This document shows, piece after piece, positions 1 to 14,714 of a stretch of 64,000 bases of DNA. Each line of letters opens with the position of its first letter. The stretch's first letter is position 1. Location of the stretch: the NCBI RefSeq assembly GCF_009914755.1, contig NC_060927.1; one strand, written 5' to 3'. Position numbers and translations under genes: made by a program. This DNA is from the human T2T-CHM13v2.0 reference genome, Homo sapiens. The notes beneath the pieces are model-generated. The model did not search any database, was not told the DNA's origin, and saw nothing but the letters and a program-made list of their open reading frames with translations.

Positions 1-1489
1 ACTTATCAAGTACCTATAATATGCCTGAAAACTAGTCATACATTTTATAAAGGTCTCATGAGTCCTCCTAATTCCCCCTAAGGAAAGCATTATCATTGAC
101 TCTCTATTATAGCTGAGATAGTGCAGAGTAGGTAACAGCACAGCCAAGGCCACAGAGATCCTGAAGGGCAAAGACAGGGCTGAACCTGGGTCTGTGTAGA
201 CTGAAAGCCTCACACACCACTGTGTCTTATACTTTCCTACATTCTTAGCAAGTTCATGACAGGGGTATCGGTACAAACTGAAAAAAGTCCTCAGTGTCAA
301 AGGCCAAGAATAGCAAATATTTAGAAATAGGCATAAATTCTTGTTTCTAAAAAGCTATAAAAAGGCATATAAAAACAAATAATCATGGATTAAGTATAAA
401 ATAAAATGAGCTAACAAAAAAGAAAACCTTCTTTCTTTTAAAAAAGGAAAAAGTTTTTCTCATAGTTAATTGTACTTGACTGAAAACAAAGCCAATGTGC
501 AATGAAAGTGCCTTGCCAGACACCTGGCATAGAGAAAACATTCAATAAATGTAATGCTCTCTGAAAAAAATATTTGTTGAGAGCCTACTACATGCAGGAA
601 AAAACACATAATTACTGCCTGCAGCATCTTCACCTTTATTTAAAGGCCCTTACTATTTTGACTTTCCTAAGTACAAATGGCAAGAAACAAAATGTGATTG
701 CCAATGGACCAGAAAACAAGTGGTCAGTGGGAGGCTGGGGTACAAAACATAAATAGAAACAACAAAATTTTACTCTCTTCAGTTTTGGAGAAAGCCAAAA
801 ATAAAACACAGTCATATCCCCCACAAAAAGTGGTTTAAGTCTAGTGTTTAAAACCCTTGTAAGATTTTGTCTTTCTGGGTTTTCTTCCTCAGTTGGCTTT
901 GTGACAACTGCCTCTTTGAGCACCATTCAATCACTACAACAACCATCCTTGAAACCTAAGACCAACACATACTCTTATGTAAACACTTGGATACTCTTTG
1001 GTAAGTCCTTATTATTCTAGCAGATTTTGTGCAGAATAATATAAGACTTTTAATTTCACTTTTAGGAAAGAGGACAATCTCAAATTCAGAGTAGTTCACT
1101 GTTTGGGCTTGGAAAAAGATTTAAACAATTGTTACTTTTCCCACTTAATACACTTTAAACAGAATCTCATTTAATAAGAGATCAAGCAATAACATAAGAG
1201 ATCTTTACTCAGTAATTTCTATGTTTAAATAAATAGTGCTGCCAACTGGAAGGCAGTAAGTAAGCAAGTATAAAAGTGCAGAATTGCCAGTGGCTAGTGT
1301 GTGAGCAGAGAAAGATCACTGTATCAGAAAAGTCAGAATGACGGCATGTTAGCTCCAGGAATGCCGTTTGTACTATGAACTTCGAAGGATATCAATTAAG
1401 TGCACAGGCTTCTGTTTTCTCCACCTTCTCTAACTCCTTATCGACTGAGGAAATCAAATGAGATGATATAGCGTAAAAACAATTTTCTT

Positions 1490-2196
<707 letters not shown>

Positions 2197-3091
2197 TGAA
2201 GCCTGAAAAAATTGGTGGGGATTAAGATTTAGAAAATAATCAGTAAGCCTGATTCATACATTTGACTCTCTTAATTTTAAATTGAAATGAAGGAAAACCA
2301 TAGGTTGGGAATTAGTTATATCTGAAAATAGACATACATACACTTTATTTCATTGTGTTTTGTGATTTTTAGTGCCTTAATCAGAAATATACATTGTCAG
2401 TAAAAATGGCTGAAGTACACAAGGTATTTAAGAAGTGCTGACAATATCTTTTTTTTGTGTTGGACTGTATTCATTCATTTAATATTTATACTAAACACCT
2501 GTTTTATTTAAAATGCTGAGTTAAGTTCTAAAGACATGAAAAGAATTTTTAAAATCTCAACTTTCTCTCACATTCCAGTGGAAGAGAAACATAAAATTAA
2601 CTGCAACCTAGGGTAGGGCTGATAATAATGATACATACTAAGGGCTGTGATAATTGCTAAAATGGAAGACTTTAGGGTCAGTGAGGTGTCGGCCAACAAT
2701 ATGTGGAAGCAAACAAAGGCAGACACTGAGTGGCTCCTATGGCAGGGGTGATAAGGAGAAATGGGATGTATGGAAGGAGAAAGTGGGTGGAGGTCTTACT
2801 TGTATATGAGGGAGTCACCAAGATGTCCTTCAGTAGGTGAATTAATAAACAATCTGTATTGTATCTAGAAAATGGAATATTAGTCAGCATTAAAAATAAA
2901 TGTGCCATCAAGCCATGAAAAGACTCAAGAGGAAACTTAACTGCATATTGCTAAGGAAAAAAAGCCAATCTGAAAAGGATACAGACTTCATTCATCTGAC
3001 TATATGACATTGTGACAGTAAAAAGATCAGTAGTTTCCAGGAATTAGAGGGAGACAGGGGATGAATAGGCAGAACACAGAGGATTTTTAGG

Positions 3092-3630
3092 ATGTGTTCT
3101 GAGACCCCCAGTGGATACCTGAAACCTCAAATAGTATTCAGCCCTATACGTACTATGCTTTTTTCTATACATACATACCTATGATAAAAGTTTAATTTAT
3201 AAGTTAGGCAATTTATAAATTATGGTAAAAGATTAGCAACAATACCTAATAATAAAATAGAACAATCATAAAAATATGCCAGCATCGCTACTCTTGAGCT
3301 TTAGGGCTTTAAGTAAAACAAGGGTTACTTGAACACAAGCACTGTGATACCAACAACAGTTGCTTTGATAATCAAGATTGCTATTAAGTGGCTAAATGGG
3401 CAGGCAGCTTATGTGGTGTGGATATGCTGGACAAGGGAAGATTCATGTCCAGGGCAGAACAGAGTGGGGTGGCTACAGATTTCATCATGCTACTCAGAAT
3501 GGGATACAATTTAAAACTTAGGAGGTTTTTTTATTTTTGGAATTTTCCATTTAATATTTTTGAATCTTGGTTGGTATCAGATAACTGAAATTGTGGAAAC
3601 TTAAACTGCAGATAAGGAGGGACTGCTGTA
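3092..3630 (+). mobile_element. MER44 (Tigger7-derived MITE, MER44B-like)
   Basis: 'gagacccccagtggatacctgaaacc', 'gatttcatcatgctactcagaatgg' and right terminus 'gataaggagggactgctg' followed by TA. Confidence 0.8.
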
Positions 3631-3771
3631 TGTATGATACTATAATGATGGATACATGTCATTATACATTGGTCCAAACACACAAGAGTGAACCCTAATG
3701 TAAAACTATGAACTTTGGGCAATAATGCTGTATCAATGCAGGTTTATCAAGTGTAAAAAATGTGTCATTCT

Positions 3772-4163
<392 letters not shown>

Positions 4164-4984
4164 TTAGTTTTGTGCTGAACCTAGAACCTTTCTTAAAATC
4201 CAATTCAATAATTCAATTTTTTTAAAAAAGGAAACATTAAAAAAGAAACCCAAAATAACAGACAATGTGCTACTATGGTATATCAGCCTTTGTTAGTGAA
4301 ACATGAGGAGACTGTTAAACTAAGATATAAAGTAGTATAAACGGTGTTTGTAACAGGGTACATTAATATAAATATCTGATATAATCATAAAAACAACTGA
4401 CACCATTTTATGTCTCAGAAGGAAGAGACCTAGTAGTCAGGAAGTGCTTAAACATTCCTTCAAAAATAAGACTATCAATTTGTGCTTTGATAAAACTTTG
4501 TGACATTACCATATTTAAAATTTGTAATCACTGTTAAGCAATGCTTTTCCAGAAAAGACAAATAAATACAATTTGTAGTTGAAATAAATGCATTTTGACA
4601 TCAATATGACATTGAACATGCTGTTAACTAGAAAATAGAGAAATAGAAATTCTGGGTTAGGACAGAGGGAAATACTGGCAGACAGACAGTGGCTGAAGAA
4701 TAAGTAGAGATCTAAAATGAAATCAAAAGGAGTAATATTTGAAATCACAAAGAGGCCACAACTGCCATGCCATGCCAGGCCAGGAAAGGCTAAAGAAATC
4801 CCTATCAAAAACAGAGGAAAATTATAGTAGAGTATTGTAACATGCTTACGCTGGCTGAAAAAACAAGGCAGGAAGTGGGTAGAAGTGCCAAGAAGGAAAC
4901 TTTTCCATTTATGGTGTTCAAAGAGAAAGTACATTTAAAAAGGCAATAAATATTTGAGAAATACTTTCTTTTTAAGAAAATCTA

Positions 4985-5445
<461 letters not shown>

Positions 5446-6179
5446 CATGTTTTTTGATACTAGTCAAAAACAAAATAAAATGAACAAAAAATAGATGTGA
5501 AAATTTCAGCTAGTTTTAAAAGTAGGCCATGCTTTCTTTGAAGAAGCTATGCTGAAAGTATATTTTCAAAGAATCATTATTTATTTGTGTTGTTCTAAGA
5601 ATGAGACTAGCACTTGTCTTCTTAGTAATCACAGCACACAAATCCACCCCTCCAAGGTCTCTATGGTACGTTCTGGCCTGGCATTACCCCAAGTACTATA
5701 TTAACTGAGCACATGAAGAGCTTCAGATGCTTTTAGAGATATGAAAGAATTGTAATGTGGTTCTGGTACCAAGGAAGCTCACAATCTAGTTGAGGAGATA
5801 GGACCAACACCCACAATAACTACGGAAAAATGTAAAATAGAGTATGACTAATGTAGCACTTAGTTAGTGGTATTGATGATGATCTTATAGGATTGCAAAG
5901 TGTGAAATCAATGAGAGCTAGAATAATAGGAAAAGATTTGGGAAAAAGGCTACCTTGCCCTAGGCCTGAAAATAGGAGTAAGATTTAGGTAGGTGGAGCC
6001 AGGGGAAGCAAGGAATCACAAGAGTGACTTACAATATGAAATAAGTCAGTTAAAAAATAGTGTGGTGGGGGTATCACCATTCATAAACTATTACAGGAGT
6101 AATGGTTTACGATTACTCTCACATTATTTCTTTATTGCTCAATGTTTCTTTCTGTATATAATTTTAATCCATATAATTC

Positions 6180-6700
6180 AGCAAAGTAACAAACACTGGG
6201 TGGCTTAAAATAACAGAAATTTACTGTTTCACAATTCTGAAAGCTAGAAGTCCAAAATCAAAGTTTTGGTAGGACCATGTTCCCTCTGAAACTTGTAGGG
6301 GAGAATCCTCCTTGCCTCTCCTGCTTCTGGTGTTAGCAGCATGTTTCTTCTGAAGAGGAAAAATTTGTTTCCTATTTCTCTCCTAGCTTCTGGTAATGGC
6401 TGAAAATCCTTGTCATTCCTTGCCTTGTAGATAATATCACTCCAACCTCTGCTTCTGGCTGTCTTCACACGGCTTTCTTCTCCCTGTATATACCTTCACA
6501 TTGTCTTCCCTCTGTGCATGTCTCTTGCCAAATTTCCTTCTTCTTATGAGGACACCAGTCATATTGGATTAGTATGACCTCATCTTAACTAATTACATTT
6601 GCAACAATCTATTCCCAAATTAGGTCACGTTCTCAGGTACTAGAAGTTAGGACTTCAATATATCTTTTGTTGAGGGGGGGGATACAATTCAGCCCATAAC
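6180..6700 (-). mobile_element. MaLR solo LTR (MLT1B/C/D-like)
   Basis: 'ctgggtggcttaaaataacagaaattta', 'tatgaggacaccagtcatattggatta' and terminus 'atacaattcagcccataac'. Confidence 0.85.
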
Positions 6701-8026
6701 GGGCCTTATTATCTGTACCTACAAAATCAGAATTTTGGACTAGATGCAGTGAATCTTATCTATTTTTGGGGGATGTGTTCCTTTGAGAAACTGATGAAAA
6801 CTATAGACATTTGACCCAGAGAAAGGCATACCTACACAATATTTTGCACACTATCAGGATGATCATAGACCCTTTGATCCCCATCCACTGAATCCCTAGA
6901 AGACATGCACCCCAAGGAAGGCATGTCATCACGGAAGGAAGGCTCTTTTAGTTTCCCTCAGATGAAACATCCTCTGAGCATCCTACAAAAGTAGCTCCAA
7001 AAGAACATATGTAATGCTCAGAGCCTGGTACAGTGGTGTTCACTTAAGATTTATTGAATGAATGAGATTTAAACTACTAAGTGTAACTGAACATCCCCAC
7101 TTTGGAAGCCCTAGCAAGACATTATGAGTCAGAATCCACTGGCATGAAATAAAAACTTGACACCAGTGATTTATTTGGAAAGCTGGGGCTGGCAAATTGC
7201 CCACCTTCCTCTCAGTTCTTGACCATGGCCAAAAATATAAGCTCATCTAATTAGTCCTGACCTCCCATGCAACTCTGTCCAATCTGGTTCTCTATCCCTT
7301 TTCTTTCTGCTGCTCCCCTCTATCTCAATCCTTTTCTCTAGGGAACAATGTCTTTCCCTCTAAGCCTCACCCTCTCAGAGTCACTGCTGCCTCTGCAACC
7401 TCCAGATGTGAGGTGGAGGACCACCTTGCTCTTTGATTCTTCCAAACTATTGCTTCCTATCATTTCATAAAACTTCTTCCTTTGAAGTTAATGCCATGCC
7501 TCTATGCATCAATCATGTCCCTGCATCACTATCATCTATGTACCATATACTGGTAAACACTGGTTGAATGGTTGACTCTGAATAATTGACTGGTTCAATA
7601 AAAGCTGTTTTCTTGGTCACTCTTTTTCATTTATTTGAGGCTATGGTGCCAGGCTCATTACATTTCCTTCTACGCCTTTTCCTATTAGGATCCTTGGTGA
7701 AGTGTCCATGGAGAACTAAAGTAAAACCCCAGTTTCCTCACAATCCCTTGGTCTTCAAGAGACTTAAATTCCCCTTCACGTACTCCAACCATACCAAGCA
7801 GATCTAGAACTGCTTTATGTCGGACCACAACTTTGTATGCATTTAGCTTTCTCATGCTCTACCTCACCCAATTCTTTGATATATTCAATTTTCCCTAATC
7901 TTTTCCTGGCTGTGCTTCCCTCTTTATACATCTTAAACCACTATTTTAAAAAACACTCAACACCCTCTACCCTCCTATCTCCCTTTAGTCCTGCCTAATT
8001 CATTTGGAAGCCTGGATCACAATCTA

Positions 8027-8030
<4 letters not shown>

Positions 8031-8060
<30 letters not shown>
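8031..8060. repeat. Poly(T)30 tract
   Basis: 30 uninterrupted T. Confidence 0.95.
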
Positions 8061-8061
<1 letters not shown>

Positions 8062-8611
8062 AGGCCAGGTACCACTTCCCAGTGTTTGTCTCTGTAGGAT
8101 CTTCAACAGCTACACATGGTTTTTTCTTGGCTCTTAATTAGCTATCTTTATCACATCTCCAAGTCATTTCCCACAAACCACTAACCCTACTCTGCCTCAC
8201 TCACAGTGGATAACCTTGTTTCCTCCTTTATCAGATATGGAATTCCTCCATTCTCTGTCTTCTCCACTTATGAACTGGATTACTTGTGAAAGCAGCCTAG
8301 TGCTTTCTTCCTGCATCAGCACCAGCTTTTCATTCCTGTTCCACAGCCAGTCTTCCACAGGACTCCAGACCCAGTTCTTTTCTATTGCCTCTGGGCCCTT
8401 ATTTCCTCAATCATTTTACTCAAAAAATATTTTTCTGGAGGTTTACTATGCCCTGGGCCCAATTCTAGATGCTGGTATATGGGAGGGAAACCAAGACAGA
8501 CAAAATCCTGTCTCTCACTGGGGAACAGGGATTAGGGGTGGGGTGTGAAGAACAGACAATAAACAAGTGAAAGCTTCAAAACAAAGAAGATATTTTCTCT
8601 TTTCATAGATC

Positions 8612-8903
8612 TTTTTTTTGTTTAGACAGGGTCTTGCTCTGTCACCCACACTCTGGAGTGCAGAGGCGCAATCACGGCTCACTGCAGCCTTGACCTCCTG
8701 GACTAAAATGATTCTCCCACCTCAGCCTCGTGAGTAGCTAGGACTACAGGCACAAGCCACTATACCCGGCCAAATTTTATTTTTTGTAGAGATGGGGTTT
8801 CACCACGTGTCTCAGACTGGTCTCAAACTCCTAGGCTCAAGCAATTCTCCTGCCTTGCCTTCCCAAAATGCTGGGATTACAGTTTCGAGCCACCATGCTT
8901 GGC
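8612..8903 (-). mobile_element. AluJ
   Basis: Antisense Alu with J diagnostics; 13-bp TSD ttttcatagatct. Confidence 0.93.
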
Positions 8904-9551
8904 TTTTTCATAGATCTAATTCATGGAACAGGGTGGGGAAAACTAGTGCTGATTCTTGAAGTAGGAACTCAGACTGGTTTGAGAAGTAAACCTCTCTATC
9001 AGTTCTGCCCTGCCTCCAATGTCTAACGACAGCCATCCAATCTTCCTTGCCCCTGCACTGTTCTCTAGCTACATCGTTCTTCTTCCTTAACTCAAAGATC
9101 ACTCTATATCTGCTATCTCCATATTCTTTGTTTTTATTTAGTTATCTTTTCAGTTGAAAAAGTAATGCATATATTAAAAACAAACAAACAAAGAAAACCA
9201 ACAACAAAAAGCTGAAGAAAAGACTACTGTACTTCTTAACTGTCTATTCACTCTTCAACCCACCATAATCCAGCTTCTGCTCAACCAGTCCATTGAATCC
9301 ACCCTGGCAAAGGTATCCAATGACTGTCCCTCCACAGTTCCCAAAGTGAGTGGACTTTTCTAGCCTTGTGTTACTATTCCTGGGCACTCTTGACCTTCTT
9401 TTCTCTGCTTGGCTCAGACAGTTCTCTGGGGTTACAACACAAACTAAGCTCTTCCTTGGCTTCTTCTCCTCTGGTGCCTCTGAAATGCTTATGTTAAACC
9501 CAGTTTCACCTTTGCCCATGTTCTCTTTCCATATGTACCCACCTTAGGTAA

Positions 9552-9681
9552 TAGGACCATATAATTTTTATGATCCTAATGTGATGTCTTCAAGAGTGAA
9601 AAAGGACAAATAATTACTATTCTGGGATAGCAGGTGTAAACCAAGACTATCCCAAACAAACTTTGATATATAGTCACCCTA
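9552..9681. mobile_element. MER94-like hAT-Blackjack MITE
   Basis: 'gaccatataattttatgatcc...gagtgaaa...caggtgtaaaccaagactatccc...tatagtcacccta' resembles MER94 with its gggtgacc termini. Confidence 0.65.
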
Positions 9682-12190
9682 TTCTTTGCAGGTGGCATCT
9701 GTGGTGATGGTTTTAACAAACACCTGTCAATCATTTGCAAAATTAAATCTGTAGCCTTGACACTGACATTTAACTTTATTTTTCAAATCTTTAGGTTACA
9801 ATTTCTTATAAATATCTCAAAACTCAGCAAAGTCAAGCCCAGTTAATTATTAACATTCCTAAAACTTCTTAATCCTTGTATTTTCTATCAAGTTATAAAT
9901 ATTTCCCAGTCACTCATACCTCCAAGCTGGAGATTCTTCTAGATTTCCCATTCTCCCTCTCCTATCATATTTAATCACTAAATCTTGCTACCTTTACCTC
10001 TGAATAGTTCTCTGATCCACTGTTTTTCTCCTGAACTACCATCACAACTGTTAACTGATGTCCTTGCTCTTCTCTCCTTCGATTTCATCTTCCCCATTGC
10101 TGCTAAAGTGATCTACAAGTGATCACATTTCTGCTTTGGACATTTCAATAGCTCCCTATCACTTACCATAGGAAGACTGTCATCATGACCCTCCTGTTTC
10201 TTTCTTTAGTCTCATAACCTGCGGCTAGTCTCTCTCCCTTTGTACTCTAATAATACCAAACAGCTTATAGAAACACATTAATATATACATCCCTAATAAG
10301 CTGCTTTTCACTTCCAGGCCTTTGTTCATGCTGTTCCTTCTGTCTTGTATGCAGATCCTCTTATTTGGCTTGCCAACACCTGCACAATTTTCTCTATTGA
10401 CTCACAGCAGCCCAGAGGGGAGCTAGGTGCCTCTCCTTAAGTTTCCACACTACCTGTCCACATCCCAACTATAGTACCAAATATGTTCATTTGAAATCAT
10501 TTATGTCAGTCTTCCCTACTAGTTGGTAAACTTCTTGAGGACAGGAGCAGTGATCTGTAAATACCTGACAAATATTCATTCTATTTTTAGGAGATCTCAT
10601 CCACTGTTACAGACTTAAATAACAAAATTAAAATAAGTTGGGTTAAATATTGAAATAAATAAATCACTTCATTACTTCTGTATTTTTCTACATTTTATAA
10701 AGTCATCAGTGAAAAGATGAAAAATGTGTAAGGACTTCAGGTGCCAAAAAATTTGCCATGTTTTATAAAATGATAAAAGTAGGTCTTAGAATAGGAGACA
10801 GGATGATTAAATTAAAAATATATAGTGGTAATGTGCCAAAGTCAAAAAAGAGCAAATTGTAAACTGTTTACAATTACAGAAAATCATAATACTTTTCAGC
10901 AGTTGTTTGATTTGGAAAATTTTGCATAAATATTATCCAAAGCATTCTTTTTTCTAGAAGAGGTTTCTCATTCCTTTTATTATTATTTATATTAAAAAAT
11001 ACAACTTAGAGGTTAGTATTGAATATCATAAAATCCAGTATCCATCAAATCTACTCAAATATCTTTCTCTACTTTCCTGATGTTTCCTCTTACGACTTCC
11101 ATGTTCTTAAATGATTAGATCTGGCTCAGAAGGAAGAAACTTTCACTTTGAGAAAACCTAAACTATTTGACCTTCGAGGCACAGAACAAAATCTACATTT
11201 TTTGGATAAAATGTGGTGCTCCTGTCACTTATTTAAGTAATTTTGGGAAATTAAAAAAGTATAATCTAAAATTTTAAAGAAAATTAGTGTTACTAGAGGC
11301 ATAACAAGAGCATCTGGCACAACTGGTATTCAATGAACAAATAAAGAGAACAACATAACAATTTAACAGTCGCAATTATAAATGATTCTAAAAAGTGTAT
11401 GTTCTTCTGACAAAGTCTTACTTTATGTTAGCTACCTATTTCCTAATTCAATCACATAATTTTGTGCACTTTTTCCTAATTATATTTTGGCTAACAAGTT
11501 CTATTGTGTGAACTTTTGATTACTTCTCTGAGACAGAAAACAATTTTGAAGTATTTTGAAATTTAAAATACACACCGATATTTTCTTCAAGCTAAGAACT
11601 ATCAGACTATTCGAAAGGGCTAGACACTGGCTTTCCGGTTATTACAGACACCATAACATACATCTGAGGAGATGGGAACACGTCTACCATTCAGCACTGT
11701 ACTGAGAAATGTATTTTTCTAAAATATAACTGGAAGAAAGTTAAAATACCTTTAAATGTATTTGTTTTTTTAATTAGCAAGGTGTTGATATTATAAAAAT
11801 AATTCCAATCTCCTGATAAACATCCTTGAATATTCCCTACCTGTCAGAAGGTGGAGCTCTAAACATATCTCAAATACTTGCTTTTATATATGCATTTCAC
11901 AACTGTGTGTAATGAGGAGATTAAAGCAGGAGTAAAGTCTTTAGAAAAATGGTTCTGAAGAATATTCTAATTCTCTCAGGATAAAATGACTCACATCTCC
12001 CAATGTGTACACAGTTAACCAACAAAAGGGATGTTTAGTATATTCCTTTGAAATTTCAGTATATTACCCTACTACAAAAATTGAGGTACATGCAAATCAA
12101 ATAATAAAACACAAAGTCTATTTAAAAGGCAAAACATTTTTGAAAATCAGGAGTACCTAGTCAAATGTAGGAAAGGTCATTAATACTTAC

Positions 12191-12333
12191 AAGCATCTCG
12201 GATGTAAAGTAACATGGCTACGAAGATATAATCTACTAAACCCAGGCTGAGGCCGTCTGCAAACAAGGCATCCCAGACCACCAGAAGGTCCTGCAGGGGG
12301 AACTCTCGTCCAAATAGCAGCCGCACCCACCTT
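12191..12333 (-). CDS. TBC1D5: Internal coding exon (143 nt, phase 2 in / phase 1 out) of TBC1 domain family member 5, C-terminal part of the Rab-GAP TBC domain
   Basis: Minus strand reads ttttgttttgtttctttccag|A AGG TGG GTG CGG CTG CTA TTT GGA CGA GAG TTC ... ATC CGA GAT GCT T|gtaagt. It translates without a stop as RWVRLLFGREFPLQDLLVVWDALFADGLSLGLVDYIFVAMLLYIRDA, carrying the TBC 'W.RLLF.REF...L..WD' motif and matching TBC1D5 as I recall it. Canonical polypyrimidine/CAG acceptor and GTAAGT donor. Confidence 0.96.
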
Positions 12334-14667
12334 CTGGAAAGAAACAAAACAAAAATTCAGAAGACAGTACTTTTGAGAATAAAGAGTGATCATTTTCTCA
12401 AGTAACTGTGAAAAACTATTAACTGAACACAGTGAGCAAATATTATATATCAAAAATATAATATAGTAAAATCTATATTTTAAGCTTTCAAATGAATTTT
12501 ATAATTGTATAACTAGGCCATCATCATTAAATACTATTATATACACACGTATTATACATATATATGAAAAAAGTCAAAATCTTTCATATTTAATAGAAAT
12601 CACAAATTCCCAAAAGGTGAAGAAAAAATGAATGTTTAGTAGTCTGGTAGTTGCTTCCATAGGTAAGGTTGTAAGTTAAAAATAAAATTTTCCAAAATTT
12701 CATGATCTCTACTGATTTTCTGTTGTTGTTAATTGCCCTTCTGCAAATATTTGTATGACAAATCCAATAGAAACTTAGAAAACTGCGTTCTCACATCTCA
12801 CTTCTATTTAAAATAATTCATTTTAAAATTAAGTGTGGGAAAAAGCCAGTAGATAACCATTTTTTTGGTCAAGCATAGACAGTTATTTTAAATGAAGGAT
12901 ATAGTCATACTTATTTTTTTTAGCTTTGCAACAGATATACCTGATCAGTAAGGCTACCTTTCGAGGAGTGTTTTTCAAACTTACTTCTATTATCTAGAAA
13001 ATGAGTATCTATGCCACAGAGTAAACATAAGCAGCTAATGTGAATACTAAGCAACATCTATATATAATTGTACATAATAGTGACACTTTAGACTTTCAAT
13101 AAATGTTAAACTATTTATATCTAATTCTTATAAGAAAAAAATTTGGTTTGATGTTTTTATTCATTTACCTCTAATTTTACATGACATGGCTACAATTTCC
13201 TTACATAAGTCTTTTTCTAAGGACTTCAGCTAGAATTCTATGTGATTCTAGCAAATAGCAAAGAATTAAAAATTCCAAATTTTTAGCACCATCAAATAGT
13301 ATAGAATAACCTTTAAAAATTAGTTAAGAGATGTTAATTTTATGTAAATTTGAAACCAAATATAACCATTTGTGGGGTTAAAGCAAGGCAAAAAAAATTC
13401 AAATATTTTCCTTAGAGAGCAATATATTTAAGGAGAAATCAAAGATGTGACAAAATACTGTATACTCACAAATATGTATCATAGTTTATTAGGAACCATG
13501 TGATTAAACACAAGTTTTTTTATTCACATTCTCATATTAATCAATAGAATAATTAGATTATATTTTCAACTACATCAATTACTCAATTTTTCAGTATAAA
13601 AAATTTAAATGCCGAAGTATTGTTTATCTTCTTAAAAATGTTACAGCATCTTTTATAATTTTCCACTTTAAAATATTTAAAATGTTTTAAATGTTCAATT
13701 TTTAAAAATGTTACAATGTCTTTTATAATTTTTATCTTTTATAATTTTCAATTTTTACTCCACTACTATTAATAAAATGAGGGGTGATTAACACAATTTT
13801 TTTTTGTCTAATATGGCTGTGTTTACATGGCTTAGGAAAAAAAATACTTCTCCACACATTTCTAATTCTTTCAAATTACAAATGCTAATATTTACTATTC
13901 CAAGAAGTACAAAAACATCTCTAAATTAAATAGGCTGCTATTCTTAATTACAAAGAATTAACTGATCTTGCAAAGAGTACCAGGGGAACCAGAGATGGGC
14001 ACAGCAAAAAAGTACATGAACTAAACCATTTTGGGCCCTTGTTCAAAGGATTTTTAACCGATACAAATGTTTGCACTCTTAAACGATGAAAACATGTAGA
14101 ATGTGGTTACAGTTATTCGGCTGACACAACTTTCCTCCATCAATGAGGAAAGTAGATGAAGGTTAATACACAACTACAGTTAGGAATACAATCTTCCCCC
14201 TCTTTCCTTACAGCTCAAATCCTTGCCATTTTCTTATCAGCAATCACATCTTAGATTTCATCACAGATAGTGCTTTAAGCACAACAACAAAAAAACCAAA
14301 GTAGCCCATTTCCTAGAAATAATTTCTATACCCATTATTTCTACAACAAACTGCCCAGTTATTCCTCAAACTTCTCTTGCACCCTTCTTGACTCTGAAGA
14401 TACACATATGCAGCAATCTTCACTGCAGCAGTCAGGAAGGTTAACTGCAAACATCTAGTAATCTACACTGAATAAAATACATCTTTATTTTCTGTGTCAA
14501 ATTGTTCACATATTTAATATCTCCAAAACTACACACAATGCATGTCTTTAGCACTTTTTAATGTATTATCTACAATGTGCTGCTTTATAAATCTTTCATA
14601 TTGCTTCACTCTTTAAGTACCTTGCCAAGTACACTGCTATATAATTCCAGGGCAAGGACCAAATCCT

Positions 14668-14714
14668 GTGTGTGTGAGTGCATGTAAAAGACAGAAACAG
14701 AGAGAGAGAGAGAG
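14668..14714. repeat. Short (TG)n and (AG)n microsatellites
   Basis: tgtgtgtgtg...agagagagagagagag. Confidence 0.7.

Larger units (their letters stand above)
7230..10560 (+). mobile_element. Fragmented L2 LINE region with nested insertions
   Basis: Pyrimidine-rich L2 ORF2/3' motifs ('ggcaaaggtatccaatgac', 'ttccaggcctttgttcatgctgttccttctg', 'aaacttcttgaggacagg'). An opposite-strand L2 tail lies at about 8405-8580. Confidence 0.6.

Noticed and set aside
4515-4934. 139-aa hydrophobic minus-strand ORF
   Set aside because: Compositional artefact of a T-rich strand; no recognisable homology.
12187-12453. 88-aa ORF (MIYNICS...HPRCL) from the ORF track
   Set aside because: It overlaps the TBC1D5 exon in the wrong frame and runs through intron; the real frame encodes the TBC motif.
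14130-14154. Hairpin actttcctc-N7-gaggaaagt as an ncRNA
   Set aside because: A 9-bp stem is expected by chance in 64 kb; no snoRNA or miRNA features around it.
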